Source: an uncultured Candidatus Saccharibacteria bacterium
Lineage (GTDB): Bacteria > Patescibacteriota > Minisyncoccia > Phycocordibacterales > UBA9973
DNA length: 64,000 bases
NCBI GenBank assembly: GCA_964639185.1
Contig: CAZXCN010000001.1
Location: 38,626-102,625 of the forward strand
Direction: 5' to 3'
Numbering within the stretch: position 1 is the first letter of the stretch; every line of letters starts with the position of its first letter. Below the pieces are notes generated by a model that saw only the letters and a list, made by a program, of their open reading frames with translations, made no database searches and was not told the origin of the DNA. Both the position numbers and the translations under genes were made by a program. This document shows, piece after piece, positions 10,250 to 20,299 of the stretch.

Positions 10250-10561
10250 ATGAGTAATAACACACAAACAGTACAAATAAGAATAGATGCTAAGACAAAA
10301 ATCGCAGCCCAGAAAACATTCAAAGCTTTGGGTATGGACATGTCTTCTGGAGTAAAGATATTTTTAACTCAAGTGGTCAAGGACCAGTGTTTTCCTTTCG
10401 TGCCAAGCACAAAGAAAAATATCGCTTTACGCAAAGAAATAGACAAAGAAATAGCAGAAATAAAAAAAAGTAAAATAAAAGGTTACAAGAATGCAAAAGA
10501 ATTACACGAGTCTATCTTAGGAAAAAAGGAGTACTCAAAATATGCTAGTTTACAAAAGTAA
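10250..10561 (+). CDS. Type II antitoxin, RelB/DinJ family
   Basis: IRIDAKTKIAAQKTFKALGMDMSSGVKIFLTQVV is the classic DinJ/RelB ribbon-helix-helix antitoxin pattern. Overlaps the downstream toxin gene by 20 nt. Confidence 0.75.
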   Translation: MSNNTQTVQIRIDAKTKIAAQKTFKALGMDMSSGVKIFLTQVVKDQCFPFVPSTKKNIALRKEIDKEIAEIKKSKIKGYKNAKELHESILGKKEYSKYASLQK

Positions 10562-10820
10562 AAATTATACAAAATCCCTAAAAAAGATTTTAAGGAGTGG
10601 AAAAATTCATATTCTAGAAATAGAAATGGTTATTGATTTGCTGGCAGAGGGAAAGACTCTTCCAATCAAGTATCAGGACCACTACCTAACAGGAGAATTT
10701 ACTGGATGTCGTGAATGCCACATAAGGCCAGACTTGCTTCTGATATACAAAATTGAAAAAAATATTCTAATACTCACACTCATCGATATCGGTAGCCACT
10801 CAAAACTTTTCGGTAAATAA
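10542..10820 (+). CDS. Type II toxin, YafQ/RelE family mRNA interferase
   Basis: 92 aa. Motif GEFTGCRECHIRPDLLLIYKI...LIDIGSHSKLF matches the YafQ/RelE toxin family. Paired with the upstream DinJ-like antitoxin. Confidence 0.75.
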   Translation: MLVYKSKNYTKSLKKILRSGKIHILEIEMVIDLLAEGKTLPIKYQDHYLTGEFTGCRECHIRPDLLLIYKIEKNILILTLIDIGSHSKLFGK

Positions 10821-10856
10821 AATTCCCCTAGGTCGGACCTAGGGGAATTTTATTTT
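10818..10856. terminator. Bidirectional terminator hairpin (AAAATTCCCCTAGGT..CCTAGGGGAATTTT)
   Basis: 14-bp perfect inverted repeat flanked by A- and T-runs between convergent yafQ-like and glmS. Confidence 0.75.
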
Positions 10857-10862
10857 TTGTAT

Positions 10863-12710
10863 TTATTCTACAGTTACGCTCTTTGCGAGGTTGCGAGGCT
10901 TGTCTACATCGGCGCCACGAAGGATGGCGGTGTGGTAGGCAAGTAGCTGAAGAGGGATAACAGAGAGTATAGGCATCCATTCGTCAGGAACATCAGGCAC
11001 CTCTATAATATGATCGAAAATATTGCGAGCTTCTTTGTCACTTGCGCGCACGATACCTATCGTCAATGCCCCTCGGGCTTTAACCTCTTGAACATTAGAA
11101 ATAACTTTATCAAGCAAATGTTCATTTGTTGCTACTACAATCACAGGGAAATCTTTCTCCACTAATGCTATTGGACCATGTTTCATCTCTGCTGATGGAT
11201 ACCCTTCGGCATGAATATATGAAATCTCTTTTAACTTTAAAGCCCCTTCGAGTGCTACAGGGAACAGTGCGCCTCGGCCCAAGAACAATGCATTATTTTT
11301 ATTTTTTAATATTTCGGCAACTTCTTTTATTTTATTTTCTTGTTTCAAAACTTCTTCAACTTTGTCACCAATATTTTCCAAAGAATCTACGAGTTTCACA
11401 TAATCAGTTTCAGCAAGCGTGCCACGAGTTTTTGCTAACAATAGTGCAAGGAGTGACAGTATGACAACTTGACCAGTAAATGCTTTCGTACTCGCAACAC
11501 CTATCTCGGGCCCAACGTGTATATATGAACCTGCGTCAGTTGTACGCGCTATTGATGAACCAACAACATTACAAATACCATAAGTCACCGCCCCTTTTTC
11601 TTTTGCCAGAGCCAACGCAGCAAGTGTGTCGGCTGTTTCACCTGACTGTGAAATAGCAATAACAATATCGTGCTTGTTTAATATTGGATTGCGATACCTA
11701 AATTCAGAAGCATACTCTACTTCAACTGGCATCTGGGCCAACTGCTCAACAAGATATTCACCCACCAAACCCGATATCCAAGACGTTCCACACGCCACAA
11801 TAATTAACCTACGCGCAATTGCTAATTGGTCAGATATTTCCTCAAGACCTCGTAAATGTACTGAATGATCAGGAAGAATATGCCCACGCAATGCATCAGA
11901 TATAGTATGAGCTTGTTCAAATATTTCTTTTTGCATGTAATGCTCATAACCATTCTTCTCCAACATTTCGGCTTCGAGTGTTAGCTTTTCTATAAATGGA
12001 GTTTGTGGTACACCCGCAATACTTGAAACATTGTATTCGCCACTGCGCTTCAATATCGCTATCTGATTATCATCCAGATATATAACACTCTTTGTGTATT
12101 CAGATATTGGTGAAGCATCAGATGCAATAAAAAATTCGTGTTCCCCAATACCCACAACAAGTGGACTACCACGACGCGCCACTATCAGTGTGTCAGTATC
12201 ATTTTCATCCATTACTATTATTGCGTATGCTCCAATAACTTGAGTTAGTGCTTCACGTACTGCCTCAAGGAGAGTTAAGTTATCTTTTGTTTTTACTGTT
12301 TCAATAAGGTGTATCAGAACTTCAGTATCAGTATCACTTTTAAATTTATGCCCATCTTTTTCCAAGGCTTTTTTTAATACTGCATAATTTTCTATTATGC
12401 CGTTGTGAATTATTGCGAGTGAACCTGATTCAGACAAATGTGGGTGCGAATTGCGATCAGAAGGTTCGCCATGTGTTGCCCAGCGTGTATGACCTATACC
12501 TATCGTACCTTTGACATTACTGCCATCAGTTAGTTTCAATAGTTCTGCAACTTTACCGTTCTTCTTGTACACACGCATGCTACCGGTACCTGCTTCTTCG
12601 ACAAGTGCTACGCCCGCAGAATCATAACCCCGGTATTCGAGCCTTTGTAAACCTTTGATTATAATAGGGAAGGCTTCGCGCCCCCCGATGTATCCAATAA
12701 TTCCACACAT
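10863..12710 (-). CDS. glmS: Glutamine--fructose-6-phosphate aminotransferase (isomerising)
   Basis: N-terminal MCGIIGY nucleophile-Cys glutaminase domain, two SIS domains, C-terminal ...TVE. 615 aa. Confidence 0.95.
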   Translation of the reverse strand: MCGIIGYIGGREAFPIIIKGLQRLEYRGYDSAGVALVEEAGTGSMRVYKKNGKVAELLKLTDGSNVKGTIGIGHTRWATHGEPSDRNSHPHLSESGSLAIIHNGIIENYAVLKKALEKDGHKFKSDTDTEVLIHLIETVKTKDNLTLLEAVREALTQVIGAYAIIVMDENDTDTLIVARRGSPLVVGIGEHEFFIASDASPISEYTKSVIYLDDNQIAILKRSGEYNVSSIAGVPQTPFIEKLTLEAEMLEKNGYEHYMQKEIFEQAHTISDALRGHILPDHSVHLRGLEEISDQLAIARRLIIVACGTSWISGLVGEYLVEQLAQMPVEVEYASEFRYRNPILNKHDIVIAISQSGETADTLAALALAKEKGAVTYGICNVVGSSIARTTDAGSYIHVGPEIGVASTKAFTGQVVILSLLALLLAKTRGTLAETDYVKLVDSLENIGDKVEEVLKQENKIKEVAEILKNKNNALFLGRGALFPVALEGALKLKEISYIHAEGYPSAEMKHGPIALVEKDFPVIVVATNEHLLDKVISNVQEVKARGALTIGIVRASDKEARNIFDHIIEVPDVPDEWMPILSVIPLQLLAYHTAILRGADVDKPRNLAKSVTVE

Positions 12711-12841
12711 ATATATCTATCCTAAATGATATTAGATAAGTAAGCAATACCAAAACCCCTTATTTCACAATGATATTTTACTTGACAAATAGGGTACTAT
12801 TGTGCTATAATATACACAAATCACAATTAAATAAAAAACAC

Positions 12842-13240
12842 ATGAAAAATCAAAAAAGTTTTAGAGTTTGGGGATTCTGCCTTGTAATCCTAAGTATTGC
12901 CTTCTTGTTTATAAACATAACCTGGTATTATGTTGATGAATTTTTTAACTTCCTAGCACTTCTTCCTGCATTAGTTGGCGGAATCCTACTTGGAGCAGGA
13001 ATTGGAGTTCGACCACAAGGTGATCTTTATTGGCTTAGCGACATTCAAAACGGAAAAAGATTCCAGGTAATAAATGATGCTTGGCCTACCCCAAACGATG
13101 ATCCGGATGGTAAAACTATTTTGTGTACTTTCCCGAAAAAACAATACTTCCTTTTGTTTGTAGGCAAAGATTTCTATGCCAACAAAGAGATAGATGGAAA
13201 GTTTTTCATTAAACACAAAGAGAAAGTATACGCGGAATAA
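12842..13240 (+). CDS. Hypothetical small membrane protein
   Basis: ORF with two hydrophobic helices. Start chosen at the internal Met (MKNQKSF) after the promoter-like region. Confidence 0.35.
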   Translation: MKNQKSFRVWGFCLVILSIAFLFINITWYYVDEFFNFLALLPALVGGILLGAGIGVRPQGDLYWLSDIQNGKRFQVINDAWPTPNDDPDGKTILCTFPKKQYFLLFVGKDFYANKEIDGKFFIKHKEKVYAE

Positions 13241-13474
13241 AAACCCGTAGTACAAAAATTTTAAATCCGTACAACTAGAGAAAATCCAGTTGTACGGATT
13301 TTCTTTTTATCTATTTATAAAAAAGCATATATATGTTATAAATGAATTATTAAAAGGTAATTGCTAGCCCTCAGACAGTTAGAGTTGAAACATATTTGGA
13401 ATAGGGTTTCCAGATTAGAATTTCAAAACTAGAGTCTGGAGGTTAGCCCCGCCATAGCGGGTAAATATATAAAT

Positions 13475-15598
13475 ATGAATACACAAGAATTCGAGGTAGA
13501 GATAGGTGGCAAGAAAATTGTCGCAATGTTTAGCGACCTAGCTGACCAAGCCAATGGTTCAGTCATGTTAAAAAGTGGTGGCACAGTAGTCATGGCCACA
13601 GCAGTGATAAGTCGCGATGGAAAATCTAATCCAGGATTTTTTAATTTAACTGTTGAATATTTAGAAAAGTTTTATGCGTCTGGAAAAATACTCGGCTCAC
13701 AATTTATGCGTCGTGAAGGCCGACCAAGCGACCAAGCTATACTTGCTGCACGCGTTATCGACCGCACTATCCGCCCATTGTTTGATCATCGGATTAAAAA
13801 TGCAGTTCAAGTAATTATCACTGTTATAGCTATCGGTGATACTGATCCAAAAATGCTCGGCATCAATGCTGCGTCTATTGCGCTCCACATGTCTGACATT
13901 CCATGGGCAGGGCCTATCGGTGCTGTGCACATAAGTAACACAAAAGAAGACAGTATACTTGCAGTAAATAATTATATTCCAAATTCTGACGAACCAGTAT
14001 ACACACTAGACTTAATGGTGTGCGGAAAAGACAAAACAATAAATATGATCGAGGCGATGACATTTGAGCTTTCTGAAGAATTGGTGGGCCAAGCATTTGA
14101 CCTTGCAAGTGACGAAATAACAAAGTGGGAAAACTTCCAAAAAACTCTACGTGAAAAATTAGGTAAAGAGAAGTTGGTTTTTACAACAGCTGAAACAACT
14201 GAAGAAATAAAAAGTTTGTTTAATGAAAAAATTACTCCAATGTTAGACGCTGGTTTATTCAGCAAAACAGAAAGCAAAAAAACAATCACCGAAGCTGAAC
14301 ATGAATGGAAAAAAATATGCGAAGAAAAATATGCCGAGGACCAAGCGATGAAATTTATAGCCGAGGATTACATTGAAACATATATCGACAAAGCTTTACA
14401 TGTTGCCGCACTTACAAAAGACATGCGTCCAGACATGCGAGGACTCGATGAAGTTCGAGCCCTCTCTGGTATGGCTGGTGGTATATCCGATGTGTTACAC
14501 GGCTCTGGTGTATTTTACCGTGGGCAAACTCATGTATTGAGCGTACTGACACTTGCAGGTCCCGAGAGCATGCACACAATAGATGGAATCGAATTCTCTG
14601 CGAAGAAAAGATTTATGCATCATTATAATTTCCCTCCATATTCTGCTGGTGAAACAGGTCGCGTAGGTGGAATCAATCGCCGTGAAATGGGTCATGGATT
14701 CCTAGCAGAAAAAGCTTTACTACCAGTGTTACCAAACAAAATAGATTTCCCTTATACTATTCGCCTTGTTTCAGAATCTACGGCATCAAATGGTTCTACA
14801 TCACAAGCTTCAATATGTGCGGCAACAATAGCACTACTTGATGGTGGTGTGCCGATCAAATACCCAGTAGCAGGAATATCAGTTGGTGTAATGATGGATG
14901 ATACTGACCCTACAAAATACAAATTGATAACTGACATTCAAGGCCCTGAGGATCACTATGGTGATATGGATTTTAAAGTTGCCGGAACTACAAATGGTAT
15001 TACTGCAATACAATTAGATATAAAAGTAGACGGTGTTCCAGTAAAAGTTTTAAAGGATGCTTTGATAAAAGCAAAAACTGCACGACTACATATACTCGAA
15101 GCAATCACGAATGTAATCAGTGCACCACGTGCCGACATATCACCAAAGGCCCCAAAGATAGTGGTAACAAAAGTGAAGACAACTCAGATAGGATTGATAA
15201 TCGGACCAGGTGGAAAAAATGTAAATGCAATTCGTGAAGAAACAGGCGCAGAAATAAGTATCGAAGAAGACGGAACAATATACATAACAGGTAAAGATGG
15301 TGCTGCAGATAAAGCAAAGAAAATAATCGAGGACATGACTCATGAATACAAGCCAGGCGACACAGCCCAAGGTGTTGTAGTAAAGATCACTGACTTTGGT
15401 GCATTCGTAAAGATAGGACGTGATACTGAAGGACTCGTGCATGTTTCTGAAATGGCCCCATTCCGCGTAGAGAAAATTTCTGATATTCTTAAAGAAGGAC
15501 AAACTGTTCCGATAAAGATATTGAAGCTCGATGAAAAAGGCCGTTTGTCATTTTCTATAAAAGAAGCTGACGGAGATTTCTTTAAACCAAAAGCTTAA
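13475..15598 (+). CDS. pnp: Polyribonucleotide nucleotidyltransferase (PNPase)
   Basis: Two RNase PH domains, KH and S1 domains (GQTVPIKILKLDEKGRLSFSIKEA at C-terminus). 707 aa. Confidence 0.95.
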   Translation: MNTQEFEVEIGGKKIVAMFSDLADQANGSVMLKSGGTVVMATAVISRDGKSNPGFFNLTVEYLEKFYASGKILGSQFMRREGRPSDQAILAARVIDRTIRPLFDHRIKNAVQVIITVIAIGDTDPKMLGINAASIALHMSDIPWAGPIGAVHISNTKEDSILAVNNYIPNSDEPVYTLDLMVCGKDKTINMIEAMTFELSEELVGQAFDLASDEITKWENFQKTLREKLGKEKLVFTTAETTEEIKSLFNEKITPMLDAGLFSKTESKKTITEAEHEWKKICEEKYAEDQAMKFIAEDYIETYIDKALHVAALTKDMRPDMRGLDEVRALSGMAGGISDVLHGSGVFYRGQTHVLSVLTLAGPESMHTIDGIEFSAKKRFMHHYNFPPYSAGETGRVGGINRREMGHGFLAEKALLPVLPNKIDFPYTIRLVSESTASNGSTSQASICAATIALLDGGVPIKYPVAGISVGVMMDDTDPTKYKLITDIQGPEDHYGDMDFKVAGTTNGITAIQLDIKVDGVPVKVLKDALIKAKTARLHILEAITNVISAPRADISPKAPKIVVTKVKTTQIGLIIGPGGKNVNAIREETGAEISIEEDGTIYITGKDGAADKAKKIIEDMTHEYKPGDTAQGVVVKITDFGAFVKIGRDTEGLVHVSEMAPFRVEKISDILKEGQTVPIKILKLDEKGRLSFSIKEADGDFFKPKA

Positions 15599-15608
15599 AA
15601 AAAATAAA

Positions 15609-16508
15609 ATGGATGAAGATAATTCACAAAAAAATATAGGCCCCGAAGGGACACCTGTTATACACACGTATGCAGGGGACATGGCTTCTATGGTACGTGA
15701 TCACGAAACAAGTGTTATCAAGATAGCCCTAGCTGAACAAAGACGCCGTGAACAAGATGCTCAGAAAGAAAAATATTCTCGCAACAGTAAACGCAGTACT
15801 TTATTTATATTTGGAACAATTGTTATTATTATGATAACAATATTTGGTGTTCAATTATTAAAACAAAAAACAATAAAGGATTCTATTCACCCAGAAGTCT
15901 TAACACGCACACCTACATTTATTCCTACTGATGTTGATTCAATAATCGATGCAGACAGATTCACTGGCAAGGAAGACTTAACAATGATCTTCAATAAAGA
16001 AAGGGGTACCCCTGGCAAACGCGGGGAAGTGCGCTCAATCTTTTTTACCCAAGGTGTTGGTGATAATAAAACAATAATAAAAACTAGTGAATTCTTGAAA
16101 TTACTACAGAGCAGTATCCCCGGATCAATGGCTCGATCGTTCGATGAATCCATGATGGTAGGAATATATACTGATAGTGCTGACACAACACGCACATACT
16201 TTATATTTAAAACAAATAGTTTTGAAAATGCATACGCAGGATCGCTCGCTTGGGAAAATACACTTCTCGATGAATTGTTCCCATTATTTGGAATAGATAT
16301 TAGTGGGGAACGAGGTGTATTATTGCAAAATAGATTTACTGACAAACTAATAGAAAATATTGATACACGTGTTTTATTCGACAACGACAGTAATGTATTA
16401 ATGTATTCATTATTCTTAAATAAGGAATACTACCTGATCACCGATAGTGATGAAATAATAAAAGAGATGGCAAAGCGCCTACGCTCGATAAATAGCACAG
16501 CTCGATAA
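15609..16508 (+). CDS. Hypothetical single-pass membrane protein with extracytoplasmic domain
   Basis: ORF with one TM helix (STLFIFGTIVIIMITIFGV). No family assignment. Confidence 0.45.
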   Translation: MDEDNSQKNIGPEGTPVIHTYAGDMASMVRDHETSVIKIALAEQRRREQDAQKEKYSRNSKRSTLFIFGTIVIIMITIFGVQLLKQKTIKDSIHPEVLTRTPTFIPTDVDSIIDADRFTGKEDLTMIFNKERGTPGKRGEVRSIFFTQGVGDNKTIIKTSEFLKLLQSSIPGSMARSFDESMMVGIYTDSADTTRTYFIFKTNSFENAYAGSLAWENTLLDELFPLFGIDISGERGVLLQNRFTDKLIENIDTRVLFDNDSNVLMYSLFLNKEYYLITDSDEIIKEMAKRLRSINSTAR

Positions 16509-16543
16509 GTTGCGTGTTTGAGTGTGCATGATAATATAGACAT

Positions 16544-16894
16544 ATGATAAACACAGAACAACAAAAGGGTAAATTACAAGAGGAGAAAGCTTTATTAGAA
16601 AGTGAGCTAACCGGTATGAGCTCATCTCAAGACGAAAACGGTGCCTGGGTTGCAAAGCCATTAGAGGAAACAGCTCCAGAAGCTGATGAAAATGACCTTG
16701 CAGATAGGAACGAGGATTTCAATGAAAAGAGTTCTACAACAGAAATCTTGGCAAAAAGATTATCTGACATAAATACTGCACTTGCAAATATTGAATCTGG
16801 TAATTATGGTGTGTGTACAATGTGTGGTAACAATATTGAAGAGGACAGGCTCGAAGCAAATCCCGCAGCGCAAACTTGCAAAGCTTGCATGTAA
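16544..16894 (+). CDS. DksA/TraR-family C4-type zinc-finger protein
   Basis: C-terminal CTMCGNNIEEDRLEANPAAQTCKAC four-Cys motif with a coiled-coil N-terminus, typical of DksA/TraR. Confidence 0.65.
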   Translation: MINTEQQKGKLQEEKALLESELTGMSSSQDENGAWVAKPLEETAPEADENDLADRNEDFNEKSSTTEILAKRLSDINTALANIESGNYGVCTMCGNNIEEDRLEANPAAQTCKACM

Positions 16895-16940
16895 TTTAAA
16901 AAAACTCCCCACTGGGGAGTTTTTTTGATACAATATTAAC

Positions 16941-18512
16941 ATGTCATTCGCTAGAGTATATGCAGCGCAACCATATTTACTAAAAGGTAAGTTGGTGACA
17001 ATAGAAGTAGATATTACCAAAAATACTCTACATGCATTTACAATGGTCGGCTTGCCCGACAAAGCTGTCGATGAATCTAAGGATCGTATGGCTTCGGCAC
17101 TAAAGAATTCTGGATACCCCTCACCAAAAAGCCAGAATCAAAAAATAGTTATATCACTTTCCCCAGCTGATTTAAAAAAGGAGGGCTCGTATTTCGACCT
17201 GGCTATTGCATTGGCGTATTTACTGTCTGCCGAGGAAGTAGATTTTGATGCCGAAGGGAGAATATTTCTAGGCGAGCTTGCACTCAACGGTGAACTACGC
17301 CCTATCCGTGGAGCATTGCCATTAACCCAAGAAGCCAAACGCCTTGGATACAAAGAAATATTTCTTCCGATGGAAAATGCAAAAGAAGCGGCACTTGTAG
17401 ATGGTATTGATATATATGGTGCCAACACTTTAAATGAAGTCCTCGATCATATATATAAAATAAAACATGACAAGAAAGGGAATCCATTGGAAAAAGAACG
17501 CCCGAAATTAAATAAGGAACCTCGAACAATTATAGATAGAAAGGTAGCCGAATTCAAAACCGACTTCCAAGATATCCGTGGTCAAGAAGGTGCCAAAAGG
17601 GCATTGGAAATAGCTGCAGCTGGCGGACATAATATAGCAATGTCTGGACCACCAGGCACAGGCAAAACAATGCTGGCTCGCGCTTTTACACACATACTTC
17701 CCGACTTGGACAATGACGATATTCTAGAAATCACTGGAATACATTCAATAGTAGGGTTACTCGATGGTGCACTTGTGACCGAGCCACCATTACGCTCTCC
17801 GCATCACACTGCAAGCTATGTAGCACTCATTGGTGGTGGTGCAAATATAAAACCAGGCGAAGTGACACTAGCACACAAAGGTGTATTATTCCTCGACGAA
17901 TTCCCTGAATTCGAAAAGAAAGTTTTAGAAAGTCTACGCCAACCTCTCGAAGATAATATCGTATCAGTATCTCGAGCAAAAGGTACAGCCATATTCCCAT
18001 CCAATTTTATACTAATTGCTGCCATGAACCCATGCCCATGTGGGAACAAAGGCAACAAGCAAAAACAATGCATCTGCAAGCCAAGTGACTTGGAAAGATA
18101 CAATAGAAAATTGTCAGGCCCTATTATGGACCGTATTGATATATGGGTTACCGTTGGTAATGTAGAATACGACACACTTTCCGACACAACACCAAGTGGT
18201 ACAAGCACAAAAATAATAAAAGAACGTGTACGTATTGCCCGTGATATTCAAGGCAAGAGGTTAAAGCAAGCAACAAGAAAAATAAAAACAAATAGCGATA
18301 TGAATGTTAAAGATTTAAATACTTTTGCCGTACTTTCAAGCGAAGTAAAAGAAGTTTTAAATCAGAGCGCCGAAAAACTCCAGCTTTCAGCACGAGCATA
18401 TCACCGCACAATAAAGCTTGCTCGGACTATTGCTGATATTGAACATAGTGCCGACATACAAATACCACACATCCTCGAAGCCCTGCAGTACAGACCAAAG
18501 ATAAATCAATAG
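16941..18512 (+). CDS. YifB/ComM-family Mg-chelatase-like AAA+ ATPase
   Basis: Lon-like N-terminal domain, Walker A MSGPPGTGKTMLA, ChlI-type AAA+ region, C-terminal domain. 523 aa. Confidence 0.9.
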   Translation: MSFARVYAAQPYLLKGKLVTIEVDITKNTLHAFTMVGLPDKAVDESKDRMASALKNSGYPSPKSQNQKIVISLSPADLKKEGSYFDLAIALAYLLSAEEVDFDAEGRIFLGELALNGELRPIRGALPLTQEAKRLGYKEIFLPMENAKEAALVDGIDIYGANTLNEVLDHIYKIKHDKKGNPLEKERPKLNKEPRTIIDRKVAEFKTDFQDIRGQEGAKRALEIAAAGGHNIAMSGPPGTGKTMLARAFTHILPDLDNDDILEITGIHSIVGLLDGALVTEPPLRSPHHTASYVALIGGGANIKPGEVTLAHKGVLFLDEFPEFEKKVLESLRQPLEDNIVSVSRAKGTAIFPSNFILIAAMNPCPCGNKGNKQKQCICKPSDLERYNRKLSGPIMDRIDIWVTVGNVEYDTLSDTTPSGTSTKIIKERVRIARDIQGKRLKQATRKIKTNSDMNVKDLNTFAVLSSEVKEVLNQSAEKLQLSARAYHRTIKLARTIADIEHSADIQIPHILEALQYRPKINQ

Positions 18513-18546
18513 TGGACAAAATTGTTAGTGGGAGTAGAATATAATT

Positions 18547-18822
18547 ATGAAAAGAGAAATGTTTAATTCACAAATAAGGACTCCAAAAGAGGCTACCACA
18601 GAGGCCCTAAATAATACAGTTAACCCTTTTGAATTAGGAGACATCCAACAAAAAGCTCATATACTACTAGGTAGGATTTATTCTATGGGCAGAAATGATT
18701 CTGAAAAATCAACAATAGAAAATGTTATTCTTGAATTCAAAAGTGGTAAAATCAATCATGCCGAAGCACTAACAGCATTACACACAATAGAAACAATAAA
18801 AGATAGAGGAGATTACAATTAA
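18547..18822 (+). CDS. Hypothetical small protein
   Basis: ORF only. Confidence 0.3.
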   Translation: MKREMFNSQIRTPKEATTEALNNTVNPFELGDIQQKAHILLGRIYSMGRNDSEKSTIENVILEFKSGKINHAEALTALHTIETIKDRGDYN

Positions 18823-18866
18823 CAAAACAACTAGGCTTGGCCTAGTTGTTTTTTAATATTTAGATT

Positions 18867-20072
18867 TTAATCCTTTATACTGTAACTTGTGGAATTCTTT
18901 GCAAGACCAAGATATGGATTAATGGATCCACCTTTGAATTCAATATGCACGTGTGGGCCTGTCGAGCGACCAGTTGAACCAACGTATCCGATAACATCAC
19001 CCTTCTTTACTGTTTGCCCTGCATGCGAAGCAACAACACTCATATGGGCAAATATTGCCTGCTTGCCATCATTGAAGTTAACAACTACATACAATCCATA
19101 TCCACCATTGTAACCGCTTGAGTCTGTTGTTAGGACAACTCCATCTTGAATAGCATATATAGGTGTACCTTTTGGAGCAGCAAAGTCATAAGCTTGGCCA
19201 TCATGCTGACCTTGTGATATTCGTCCAGTACCAGCAGGGAATGGCCAAATGTATCCTCCTGAAACTTTACCTGAATGAACCATTTGGTTTGGAGTTGCAG
19301 ATTTCTTAGTAGGTGTCTTTACTGAAGTCTTTGGCTTTTCTACTTTTGTAATAGTTGTAGATTTTACACCAACGAGGATCAATGTTTGACCCACTTTCAA
19401 ACTATCACCTTTATCCATAAGGTTGTATTCCAATATATCGCTTGTACTAATACCGTATTTATTTGAAATTCCGCCTAAAGTATCACCCTTTTTCACTACG
19501 TATGAAGCACCTTCTAGAGGGATAATTACGAGTACGGTACCTTCCTCGGTTAATTTACTCTGACTTATATCACTGTTAGCATACAAAATAGAAGCTTTTG
19601 ATACATTGTTTGCCTTAGCAATACTCTCGAGAGTATCACCAGCCTTTACTATATATAGGTTAATTCTAGAATCTGAACCAGAATAACCATTCAAGTCAGC
19701 ATCGGTGCCCATAGGGCCAGTTACTGATTCTAGGGCCTCATCACCAATAATAGTTACATCAGCATCATCAGAGCCTGGCTTCAAGTCGGTAGTTAGGGAA
19801 GATTCCATTAATGGGATATTTTGAGAATTGTGAACTGTACCATTTGATACTTCATCCAAAGCAAATGTCTGACTGCCAAATAACCCACCAATAAAGGAAA
19901 AAAGACCGGCATGAGCTTGGAAAGGTAACACCCAAACAGCCAATATTAGTACCATAGTAGAAAAAGCCTTTGACATATTAGGCTTATTTGATGAGGTTAT
20001 TTCAGTAGGAACGGCTGATCCTGGACTTTCAGGCAAGCTCATATCCTTCTTTGTATTAGAATTTATTTTCAT
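18867..20072 (-). CDS. Secreted peptidoglycan hydrolase: LysM repeats plus M23 (lysostaphin-like) metallopeptidase domain
   Basis: N-terminal TM/signal, two LysM-like segments (GDTLESIAKANNVS; GDTLGGISNKYGIS), and C-terminal M23 motifs (H.G.D; GYVGSTGRSTGPHVHIE). Confidence 0.85.
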   Translation of the reverse strand: MKINSNTKKDMSLPESPGSAVPTEITSSNKPNMSKAFSTMVLILAVWVLPFQAHAGLFSFIGGLFGSQTFALDEVSNGTVHNSQNIPLMESSLTTDLKPGSDDADVTIIGDEALESVTGPMGTDADLNGYSGSDSRINLYIVKAGDTLESIAKANNVSKASILYANSDISQSKLTEEGTVLVIIPLEGASYVVKKGDTLGGISNKYGISTSDILEYNLMDKGDSLKVGQTLILVGVKSTTITKVEKPKTSVKTPTKKSATPNQMVHSGKVSGGYIWPFPAGTGRISQGQHDGQAYDFAAPKGTPIYAIQDGVVLTTDSSGYNGGYGLYVVVNFNDGKQAIFAHMSVVASHAGQTVKKGDVIGYVGSTGRSTGPHVHIEFKGGSINPYLGLAKNSTSYSIKD

Positions 20073-20299
20073 AATTTATTGGGTCTTGCGGTTGGTCAGA
20101 TATATGATCTGTACAGGTATTTCGGTATTTTATAAGGCCTAAACCTTATATCTTTTAATGGTAACCGAAAGCTTTTGTATGGTCAACCAAGATATACACA
20201 ATATTATCCACAATACCTAAAATCCTAAAAATAACCTTATTTTGCCCTATAAGGCCTAAATTTTGACACTATTTATATATACGTGGTATAATTTTTAAT

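Noticed and set aside
12770-12841. Upstream extension of the 12842 ORF (ORF track starts at 12770)
   Set aside because: The extra 24 residues run through a promoter-like AT-rich region directly after the glmS start. The internal Met followed by the hydrophobic helix is the more plausible start. The gene itself remains low-confidence.
13697-15502. Multiple 60-120-aa minus-strand ORFs inside pnp
   Set aside because: They are antisense to a highly conserved, confidently identified gene. Their Cys/Leu/Phe-rich odd composition is typical of shadow frames in AT-rich DNA.
20204-20212. Perfect DnaA box TTATCCACA upstream of the 20300 gene
   Set aside because: It is a single isolated 9-mer. The expected chance occurrence in 64 kb of AT-rich sequence on two strands is of order one. 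It shows no clustering and no AT-rich unwinding element, unlike the dnaA-dnaN spacer.
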